DNA from: Perna viridis
Lineage: Eukaryota
Reading direction: 5' to 3'
NCBI GenBank assembly: GCA_037379345.1
Contig: CM074512.1
Coordinates: 26,908,001-26,972,000 of the forward strand
DNA length: 64,000 bases
A program made the position numbers and the translations under genes. Under the pieces are notes generated by a model. That model had not been told where the DNA came from, did not search any database, and saw only the letters and a list, made by a program, of their open reading frames with translations. Positions 14,101-26,100 of this stretch are shown piece by piece (within the stretch, counting starts at the first letter, position 1; every line of letters begins with the position of its first letter).

Positions 14101-17100
14101 GTGTTCCGTCATTGACTATATCAACCACAGAATTGGCAGATACTGGAAGTTATACTTGTTTCGCATCTAACAGTATAGGAACTGGGCAGAGTACTGCTAC
14201 AACCTTGACAGTTACTGGCAGTAGGTTTCCATTGGCATGGCTTTCCCATGTATTTTATCTTCACATTATTCCTGAGATCCCTGTTGCACTCTGATATATC
14301 TTGTATCAAACATTAAGATAATTTTGTAATCAAACCCTGATGGTTCTTACACTGCTATTTCCCACTGTCACATGTATCATTGTGTCACAATCCAAGTTTT
14401 CAAATATGATCTCACCAAACCCAGTGGCAATCAACTCTGTCTGGTATATGTAGCTACTGATAGATAAACCTTGCTTTACAGACTCTTTCTGTAACTATTT
14501 TGCTGTAATTATTTCTCTGACATATCACCTATGTACCAAGTATTAATATTTCTTTTTGTTAAAGTTGTTAGTAGGTATTTATTGCTTCTAGCTTTCTTTT
14601 TCTTTAAACATGCAATTATTTTAGGACTTTTTGCCTGTTTTCAACTATATATTGATCACTTCATTTTCTTTATGATCACCCCTTTTATACCCCTACTCCA
14701 AAGACAATAGGGTATACTGTTTTACCCTTGTTAAACCTGCTTTTTAGGGGTTATTGTTTTAATCTCTTGTTTTGCAGCTCCCCCAACTGTCACAATATTA
14801 CAGCCAACCTACTCAGTCACAGTTGGTGATTCAGTTACCCTTGAATGTACTGTGACATCTGTACTCCCTGTGACTAATGTTGAATGGCAGAGAAATATTG
14901 GTGGTACCATAACAACCATCACATCCACCACCAACACCAACAAATACACAGGAAGTACTGTCAGTATTCCGTCATTGACTATATCAACCACAGAATTGGC
15001 AGATACTGGAAGTTATACTTGTTTCGCATCTAACAGTGTAGGAACTGGGCAGAGTACTGCTACAACCTTGACAGTTACTGGCAGTAGGTTTCTGTTGGCA
15101 TGGCTTTCCCATGTATTTATTAACCTTTCTTGTAACCAACCCACTGCTCCAATCCACAGATGTCCTTAGATATTATTACATACACTTGTTGTTTTACTTT
15201 TTTTCTTATTTGTTTTTCTACATTAGTCTTTTGATGATGCATACCACGGTTTGTGACCTGTTACCTTTAATTTAGAGGTCAAGGTCAAGTTGTCAATTTT
15301 ATGATTTGCAAATGTATATAGCATTTTTACTGCACCAGGACTCACAGAGATGGATTCTATCTCAATAGATATATTAATTATAATTAACCAATGTACATAT
15401 TTTCATTTTACACTTGTTTATATCATCTTTAGAATTACGACTTTACTACTGTATCTCCTTTCATTTGTAAATTTAAGGGTATCTTCATGTGTAAGCAAGA
15501 AAAAAGTACTTAACCAATCACATGGAAGTTTTTTTATTTGAATTGTAGTGTATTAATTGAGCTTTGTCATTCACATCAACAAATATAAATTTAAATTAGT
15601 CAGTCAGATTGAGCAAAACCCTGTATTTCTGTTCAACAAAAAGTTTGGAAAAAATTTTAAAAAAATCGTGAGGCATTTCAATTATTTAGCCAATAGTGTA
15701 TAACTTTAGAATGGTGTTACACTTTGGGTAGAAGTAATTCTTATTACTCTTGTCTTGTAAAGATATGTTTTTCTAATGGAGCTAGAAAACATTGGTACTA
15801 CAAGTTACTGATAAATAAGAACCTTTTTTAATTTAAATGCACTGTCTGAAGTCGTATAAAATGGAGTCATTAATTTTTAATTTGGTCCTAAAATTTTAGC
15901 GTAATTAATTTATTTAAAAATATTAAACATAATGAACTATATCTGAAGTGTCTATCTCTGTCTTTGTGTTTCTCTATCCTTAATAATTAATTTCAGCTCC
16001 TCCTACTGTCACAATACCACAACCTACTTACTCAGTCACAGTTGGCAATGTTGTTACCCTTGAGTGTACTGTTACTTCTGTACTCCCTGTGACTAATGTA
16101 GAATGGCAGAGAAATATTGGTGGTACCATAACAACCATCACATCCAACACCAACACCAACAAATACACAGGAAGTACTGTTAGTACACCATCCCTGACAA
16201 TTTTGTCAACAGAATTAGCAGATACTGGAAGTTATACATGTTTTGCTTCCAACAGTGTAGGAACTGGTCAGAGTACTGTTACAGCCTTGACAGTTACTGG
16301 CAGTAGGTTTTGATGGTCACATAGATTAGATTCCCATATTATCTGATTTTTTTTATCATATTACACTTTTACATTTGTATATAAAAATTATCAATAATCC
16401 ATTTCACAAACTATTTTTATGCCTTTCATTATCATTACACCCCTTCCGCTTTATTCCATGCCTCCAAAAACATTCTAACATATTCAACTATATTACCATT
16501 CCTGCCACATTATTGTTGCTTTAAAGAATAGATATAACCCTGATATCAAGTAAAACAGATTTGAAGCAGCTTAGCAATCAAGTTTGCAGGGAAAACGAAT
16601 TACTATGTATTTTCTCATTCTTTCTTCCATCTTTATATACCATTACTATTGCTTTATTAAGAATACCTACAGTTTTAATGATTGCTAGTTGACTTGATAA
16701 CTATTGATTATGTCACAAATCTGTGATCAATGTAAAATATCTTGAAGTTGTTTTGCAGTATATAATTGTTAAAATGTATGCATTACTTAAAATGCATATA
16801 AAAGAAGACAAAGACCGGATTATTTTCCTGCTATGATTTACTGATAGTAAATCCTTTGATTTCAGCCCCTCCCACTGTCACAGTACCACAGCCTACTTAC
16901 TCTGTGACTGTTGGTGATATGGTCACTCTAGAATGTACAATTACATCTGTACTCCCTGTGACTAATGTTGAATGGCAGAGGAATATTGGTGGCACCATAA
17001 CGACCATCACATCCACCACCAACACCAACAAATACACAGGAAGTACTGTCAATATCCCTTCTCTGACCATATCTGCTACTGAATTGGATGACTCTGGAGA

Positions 17101-20100
17101 CTATACATGTTATGCTTCTAATAGTGTAGGAACTGGACAGAGTAGTACTACATCTCTTACAGTTATGGGAAGTAGGTTCCTGTTTAAAGGACATTCTATG
17201 CATTGCCTTCATCCTACATCACTTTCATCCCATATACATTTATTCACATATCCATTACTGGTATTCCATGCGGGAAAGGAATATTTCTAGCCCTTTTCCC
17301 GTATATTTTTCCCTAGGTCCCCACTTTCTTTTCCGCACATTGTATCTTTCCCTTGTGTTGGTATTATTCAACTCTTTTAAGCATACATCATTAACCTTGA
17401 CATTTAATTTTAATTCAGGAAAGTTTCAAATGAGTTAAATTCTTATTCTGTTTTTATCACATTAATCATTTGCAATGTTTTACTTAATATCTGACAAATG
17501 TTATAATTCGTACCTTACATCTGTACAAGGTTGATTTCAGTACTTTATATTCAAAACAATGATTTATTGCAATTTTAAGTTTATACACTAAGCTAATATG
17601 CAGAGTTAATTCGGTCATTAGACAGTTTGATAGTTTGGTAAATGATCAACCAATGCTGTATAGCAACATGTTGGGTAATATTTAATGATTGACTAAATAC
17701 TTGTCAACAAAATGACAATAGTGTCAAAACTTGGACAGTGTCTATTGATTAACTGATATTGGTCAATACAACAATAGCTTGGACAGTATTATACTGATAT
17801 TGGTCAACCATAGTCAAAACTTTGACACTGTCTATTGATTAAGTGATATTGGTCAATACAACAATAGCTTGGACAGTATTATACTGATACTGGTCAACCA
17901 TAGTCAAAACTTTGACACTGTCTATTGATTAACTGATATTGGTCAACACAACAATAGCTTGGACAGTATTATACTGATATTGGTCAACCATAGTCAAAAC
18001 TTTGACACTGTCTATTGATTTACTGATATTGGTCAGTATAACAATAGCTTGGACAGTATTATACTGATATTGGTCAACCATAGTCAAAACTTTGACACTG
18101 TCTATTGATTTACTGATATTGGTCAACCATAGTAAAAACTGGAACAGTGACAATTAACTTTCTATTGTATCTATAATTCTTTGTTTGCTGTCTGTAATAT
18201 TTTTATTGATCTTTGAACTTTCACTGAGAACATTAGTTGTGTGTGTCTATTTTCCCTGTCTTGTATTTATCCTTGGAATATATTCTTATGAGTTCTGCTC
18301 ACTCCTTGGTTCCCTTGAATACTCAACATAGACATAAAATTGTGATTGTAGCTTATGTTTTATGTTTTAATTTTTCTAATATTAATTACAGGTTTCTTTA
18401 TTATACATGAATTAACACTGGTCATTTTGCTCTGAATGACCTCATATTTGTGTCCTAATAACCTTTTGACGTCACTGAAACAATGTAATTTTTAAATTGT
18501 GATGTCATTAATCTTTATGTTGAAGGAAAATTCAGTAAGAAAACAACATGAAAAATGTGTTATTTTTGTCAATGGTGTCCACAAGTGTAAATATGTCTAT
18601 AGTCAAACAATCTTTACTTTTGTGTTGCAGGTATTAACCAACGATACTTGTGTACATTTGTATGTTAATTTTTGTTTTTACTTTTTATCAGTATTGAAAT
18701 AATGAGGTACAACAATGTATTTATTTACAGGTTTCTTTAAAGACATTCAAATAAAATGATGTGAATATAATTAAAACAAATCATGTGCATCTGTTTGCTT
18801 GTCTTTTCGTGTGTTATGCATAGTATAAATTACTCCGTAGTTTATCACATATAGTTGTGATTTCATGTTTTACCATAATCTTTTATAAGTTGAAACCTGA
18901 TAGTTGGAGCTGGCTACATTATGGATATGTTAAAGGTTTAAACCAACCTTACCATTATTAGCTTTATAATTTTAGCTCCACCTGTGCCTACTGTTGCTCA
19001 GAACTCCTACTCAGTGACCACTGGCCAGCCTGTTACCTTGGTTTGTACTGTCAGTTCTATCCTACCTGTAACTTCTGTGTACTGGCAAAGTAATATTGGT
19101 GGCATCACAACTACCATTACATCATCCACAAATACTGCCAAGTATAGTGGCAGTACGGTTGCCAATCCATCCTTAACGATATCCAGTGCTAGTTCCTCTG
19201 ATGCTGGATCTTATACATGTTTTGCTACCAACAGTGTGGGAACAGGACAGAGTGGTGCTACTGCACTTAGTGTAACTGGTAGTAAGTACAACATTTACAT
19301 GGAAAGTCATATTTTATCTTGATGATTTTTTTTCCTTAAGTGGTGAAGGTTCATGAGGTATGGCTCATTTCATTGAAAAATGTATTTACTGACAATATGA
19401 TTGGTAGAGACCATGAGCTAATTGATTTATATTCATCTTTATTCATATTTAAATCCAAACACCTGTATCTGCCCTGAAAGTAGAGGCATATTATAGTTTA
19501 AACAGCATACCCAAATCATAAGTAAGCATTGCATATAAAACTAGTGGTACCTATTTCCTGTAAGCCTTAATTGAGTTATTGTCCAAGTACTGTTAAATTC
19601 AAGGTCGATAAAAAGGCCAAATTCTTACTAAAACTGAATTCATTTAAAAAAAGAGATGTTTCTAACCTTTTTATTATTTGAAATGTTTTAGATATACCAA
19701 CTGTAACCATTCAAGACCCAACTTACTCAGTTTTAATAGGAAACTCAGTTACTCTTGTCTGTACTGTGTCAGCTAATCCAGTACATACGTCTGTGGAATG
19801 GCGTAAGGTGACAAACACTGGTACTGTTCCTGTCAATCCTGGAGTTGTCAATAAATATTCAGGGTCAACAGTCAATACCCCATCTCTTACTATTAACAAT
19901 GCTGATAATACTGATTCTGGGACCTACATATGTACAGCTACTAATGCTGTAGGAACTGGTCAGAGTCAACAGACTACACTCACTGTTACTGGAAGTAAGT
20001 TATGACAATGGAATGTAATGGAAAATTAATTTACTGATGAGGGGAAATCCTACTGATTGACGCTTGTCATTGGCAAGATATAAGAACAGAAAATTAAACA

Positions 20101-23100
20101 TGTTATTTCGTAATTTAGGAGATATTGGGGACAAATTTAATTAGTGAAAAGATGAAATTTTATCAAATTTAAAGTTTTGATGAATAGCTCAACTCCTGCT
20201 GCTCTGAACAATATATGTAAATTTATGTGAAAATTATAAAATTTTGTCTCCAGGGTATTTCTCCGAAATTATTGATTATTACTCTTGAAGATGAAGATAC
20301 ACTTCAAGGATATGTTGATTGATCATCTCAAAACTAACAATAATCATCAATGAAACATTCCCCCTATTTTATTAGATGTTCCTGTAGTACAAGTTTTAAG
20401 TCCAACATACTCTGTGATTTTTGGAGGAACTATTACTCTAGAATGTACAGTATCGGCCACACCCACTCACACAAGTGTTCAATGGAGACGGATTCAGAAT
20501 GGTCTTGAATCACCCATTAATACAGCCTCCAGTAAATACAGTGGTGCTGTAGTTAACTCACCATCCCTGAGTATAAATAATGCAGATCTTAATGACAATG
20601 GAGAATATGTTTGTACTGCCACTAACATTGTTGGAACTGGCAGAAGTTCAACAACTGTACTTACCATCACTGGCAGTAAGTAGTTCCATAATCCAATAGT
20701 AACTTTACAATAAATACAACCAAAAAAATTATGATAAATTTATTTATGCCCACTTAAACCAAATTATTTATATCAATAACTTTTTTGACAAATTTGTTGC
20801 ATTGTTGTTTTTTTGTATGTAAAATTAACTGTTTTTTTTTTTTTTTTTTTTTTTTTAGAAAATAGTCATTCCTTAAATATGATCACCTTTTATTCACAGT
20901 TTGCATTTTAATTGTTTTATTACTTATATTTACTATTTGTCTTTTGCAATTAACTTCCAATTAACTTCCAATTTCTTGCTTTAAACATTTAGAAAAAAAA
21001 ACAAGATTGTAGAGGCTGATTGTTTATTTAGCATTCATTCTTGTTCAAAACATTTAATATGAGTATCTAAGCAAGATGAAAGATGAAATTTCATTATACT
21101 CATACCATTATTGAAAATGTGGTATTGTGAGTTGTTACAGAGCATCACATGCCAGACTAACGATTGACGTTCAGTCAAACCGGAAAAGGTATCAGACAGG
21201 CCCATAGAAATGGATCAGGGAAGTGAATTCATTCAAAGTGGAAGTAGCTTTTAAATTGATTTAAAATTAAAGCATACAATTCAAAACCAGGAAAAAATGA
21301 TTTACAGTATTACATACAGTATCTAGATTCTGTAATGCTAAATTATTTTTTAAAAAATGTACAATCATTTACCTTTCCTATCTAGCCTCTTCAAGCTATT
21401 GTCCCTTTTTCACATAGGTATGAAAAGTGTATTAGTGTGATGTGCTGTTGTGCCTTACTCATATTACTTAGGTCCTAACTAAATCTTCAAAAGTGAATCT
21501 AAACATGATGATGGCTTTGACTTTTACTTATCTTTATTATATATTCTTGTACAAAAAAACATGTGTTTGTTATATGCTTTTCTTGTGTTTAGGATAACCA
21601 TGAAACACATATGCAAACTAACAAATTAATTCATGAAAAACAAGTAATTAAAAGAATCATTTAGTAATTTTGTGTTTTCAGTTGGATTTCGTAAATGAAA
21701 AGAGTGTGGTTGTCAAAAACAAATGATTTTAAGAGATTGTCCATGTAAAATTCAGGCAGATCCTATGATATGGATGACACAGTGTAAATTCCACTTAAAT
21801 TTTTTGTTCCAATGTAATGTATATATCATATGTGTGTCAAATAGTATAAAGATTGTTTTAAATCATCAATGAATGGCTCAGAAAATGAAAAAAATTCTCT
21901 TAAGAAAGCAACCAATTTTTTCTCAAATTAAAGAATTATCTCCCTTTTTTCAATGAATTTCAATGCTTTCTATGTAATTTTTTTATTTTTAAATCATTAC
22001 AGTTAATGAAACACCAACATTCAACTTTGGGGAAAGATGCATTTGTGATATGAAATGGGAGAAAACTTTTTTAAAACAAATTTTGTCATGTGCCACCCAG
22101 TGTCTGTTTTTTTCATGGACTGCCTCTTAAATATTTTTAAATGCACAAAAACATATATTTATTAGTCCTAAACATGTGTTTCCATGTGTTGCAATTTTGC
22201 CTTTTATGCAATAGATTATAAAGCTGCAGAAATTGACACATTATTCTGTAAAAAAGTATGTCAAAAGATGTGAAAAAATGAACTCTCTTTAAAATAGTGT
22301 ACAAATGAAACTTTTTTTATACCAAAAACTGATGTATTTTCTCCCAATCCAGGGGAATGGCTTGTTATCCCCTGGATTTGTTAAGATAAAGAAATATTAT
22401 TTATCTCTAGTATGTTTGATAAAGCGTGGTAACATTGAATTATATCTTGACCCACCATAAAACATTCTCCATTGCAGATCCACCAAGTCCAGTGATAGCA
22501 CAGAATTCTTACACTGTACTGATAGGTAGCACCATGACATTGGTTTGTACTGTCACATCCAACCCTTCTGCTACCTCAGTCTCTTGGCAATTCACCAGAA
22601 ATGGTGTCACAACTACAATTGATGTTGTCAACAATAACAATAAATATGGAGGCTCAACCCTGAATGTTCCCTCATTGACAATTTTCAATGCAGCCAATAG
22701 TGATCAGGGAGACTATGTTTGCCGAGCCACTAATCAATTTGGAACTGGGTCCAGTCAGACTACTACACTTACAGTTACAGGCAGTATGTATACATTTTAA
22801 ACTTTGAGGAAGGTTTATAGGTAAAACAATGGACTGTGTTAGTAAAAACTTTGATAACTAACTTGGGTTTTCTACTTTGCTAATGTTATTGTAATAATAA
22901 GCTTATGGACAATCATTCTTTAACTTGTATAAATATTCTCAGGTAATGCACTCAACATTAAATTGTATTCCTGTAGTGTTTTTTGAAAAAGAAATAACAA
23001 ATTTTTTTTTAATGCATCTGAAATCAATTGCTTTTATTAATGATAAAAAACTACAAGAAAATATTTGTTCTTATTTAGAATAGGTCAACACCTGTAGAAA

Positions 23101-26100
23101 CAATGCCTATTGTAATGGTTATAATAGCAAATTTAAAAAGCAGAGTTCTAAATTAAGTTTATAAGTTTGTATAACATAGTCAATTGTTTTGACTATTAAA
23201 ATATACAGCAGAAAAATGTTTTTTGAATTCTGGATTGTATACCGGTAGTTAGAATAAGCATTGGCTTTCACTTTTTTAGCTCACCTGAAGGCCATGTGAA
23301 CTATTGGCATTACTTGGCTTTGACTGTTAGCATATTTTTCAAAAATGCTCTTCTGAAACTACGGGACAAAATTCAATGAAAGTGGGTATGATTGTTCCAT
23401 AGGGTATCCTGCAAAAAATGACATTTGGGATTTTTGAGCCTTGAAAAAAAATGGAGGATGCTTCTAAAAATAAAAGCACAAGAATAAGAGAGCAGTTTTT
23501 TGCATGTATCTCCATAACCATTTGGTTACACCAAATTTTGACATTGGGGTAAAACTGTTCAGCATGATGAGATCCATCTGTCATCAAATTTTTGTGAGAA
23601 TATTTTGACCCATGTTGGAGTTACTGAAATTTCTGAATTTTTTTTTATATATTTTTGATGTTATTACTTTTAAATATCTTCTCCTCAGAAACTAACATAC
23701 AACAAAAGTTTGTGTGATTGTTTCTTAGGATATCCTACACAAAATTACTTCAGATTTTTTATTCACGAAAAAACAATGGTGGCCGTTACTGAAAATAGGA
23801 TATAGGGGTCAGACAGCAGTTTTTGGCATATATCTCAAAAATCATTAAGTTCTTAAAAATTCTGACTGAGGATAAATAGTGAAGAGAGATCTATCTGTGA
23901 TCATATGTTGGGTATTATTGCCCTATCTGTGGTTATATGTTGGTTTATTGCCCTATTTGGAAGTTTTTTTTTGTTATTGTTTTTAACTCACCTGGCCAAA
24001 GGCCAAGTGAGCTTATGCCATCACTTGGCATCCGTTGTCGTGGACAAATTTTCAAAAATCTTCTCCTCTGAAACTACTAGACTGACAGGTTTTAAACTTG
24101 GCAGGATTGTTCCCTAGGTTTTAAACTTGGCGAGATTGTTCCCTAGGTTTTAAACTTGGCAGGATTGTTCCCTAGGGTGTTCTGCACAAAATGACTGTTG
24201 GGATTTTTGATCCATAAAAATCATGGCCGCCGTTACTAAAAATAGAACATAGGGGTCAGATGGCAGTTTTTTGCAAATAACTCAAAAACCGTTGTCTTTA
24301 GGAAATTTAGGTGGCACGTAATATTGTTCAGCATCATAAGATGGACCTATGCCGAAATTTTCAAAACGATTCATCAACTGATGTAGTAGTTGCGGCCCCT
24401 GAAACAGCTTTTTTTGCATATTTCGCATGTGCAAATTTGAAAATTTTCTTCTCAAAATCCATTGCACAGAATTCAACGAAAGTTGGCATATATCTTTCTT
24501 AGGGTATTCCACACAGAATGACCATTTGGATTTATGATCCATGAAAAAACATGGCCGCCATTACTAAAAATAGAACATAGGGGTCAGATGGCAGGTTTTT
24601 GCAAATAACTCAAAAACCATTGCCTTTAGCAAATTTCTGGGAGCAGGTAATATTATTCAGCATCATGACACGGACTTATGACGAAACTTTCAAAACTATT
24701 CGTCATCTGGTGTAGGAGTTGTGGCCCCTGAAACAGTTTGTATGCATATTTTGCATCTGCAACTTTGAAAATCTTCTTCTCAAAATCCATTGCACAGAAT
24801 TCAACGAAAGTTGGAATATATGTTTCCTAGGGTACCCCACACAAAATGACTGTTGGGATTTTTGATCCATGAAAAAACATGGCCACCGTTACTAAAAATA
24901 GAACATAGGGGTCAGATGGCATTTTTTGCAAATAACTCAAAAACCGTTGTCTTAAGGAAATTTCTGTTAAGGTAATATTGTTCAGCATCATGAGATGGAC
25001 CTATGCCGAAATTTTCAAAATGATTCGTCAACTGATGTAGGAGTTACTGCCCCTGAAACAGTTTTTTTTTTCATTTTTCCCTGTGCCACTTTGAAAATCT
25101 TCTCAAAATCCATTGAGAGAATTCAATGAAAGTTGGCTTATTGTTCCTTATTGTTTCCCACACAAAATGACCATTGAGATTTTTGATTTGTTAAAAAAAA
25201 CATGGCCGCTGTTACTAAAAATAGAACATAGGGGTCAGGAGGCAGTTTTATGCAATTAACTGAAGAACCATTACCTTTAGCAAAATTCTGCAGGGTTATA
25301 TTATTTAACGTAATGGGATGGACTTGTACTAAAATGTTCAAAACATTTTGTCAACTCATGTAAGAGTTGTATCTCCTGAATCATTTTTTTTTCACGTGTA
25401 CTCTTTTGAAAATCTTCTTTTCTAACATTATTTTAGATCATTCAATGAAAATAAGCATATTTGTTCAATAGGGTATGTGTTCAAATTGACTTATGTGATT
25501 TTTAATCCATGATAAGATACAGCTGACATTACTAAAAATGAAACATAGGGGTCAGAAGATCTTTCTTTGGCAAATAATTCAAAACCTGTTGCCTTATAAG
25601 CATATTGATATTGCATGTAACTCTAAAACCGTTACCTTTTGCAAAAGCTTTGCAGGGGTTATATTGTACAACATCATGAGTCCTACCAATGCTGATATTT
25701 TAAAAATGATTTGTCTACTAATGAAGGTGTTTTGGCTCCTGAAACATTTCTGAAATTTTTTTTTTCCACATGTACAACTTTGAAAATCTTCTCTAAAACC
25801 ATTTAAAACCATTTAAGATCATTTAATGAAAATTAGCATATTGGTTCTTAAGTATATTGTGCTATGACATCTGATTTTTAATTTGTGAATAGATATGGCT
25901 GCCTCTTCTAAAAACTGAACGAAGTGGTTGGAAGACATTTTTTTGAAAATAATTAAAAAACTGTTGCCTTTAGCAAAATTCTGGTCCAGGTCATAAAAAT
26001 GCCATTAAAAGCGTTTACTACATTTGACAATTAAGTTAATTTTAACTTAGCCTGCCTCATTCCTCAAGTTTTTAGAATAAGCAAATGGTTAACCAGGTGA

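Larger units (their letters stand above)
12435..14495 (+). repeat. Tandem duplication of exon + ~275 bp of downstream intron (12435-~13015 vs 13915-~14495)
   Basis: Direct alignment at offset 1480; high identity continues into the introns and then decays. Confidence 0.9.

Noticed and set aside
2-15083. Near-identical exons as an assembly duplication artefact
   Set aside because: Copies have distinct SNPs and mostly unique introns, which a false duplication would not produce. Read-level confirmation is still advisable.
21115-21210. Peptide ARLTIDVQ resembling an Ig G-strand (possible decayed exon)
   Set aside because: No upstream Ig motifs, the phase-1 frame has a stop, and the region looks repeat-derived.
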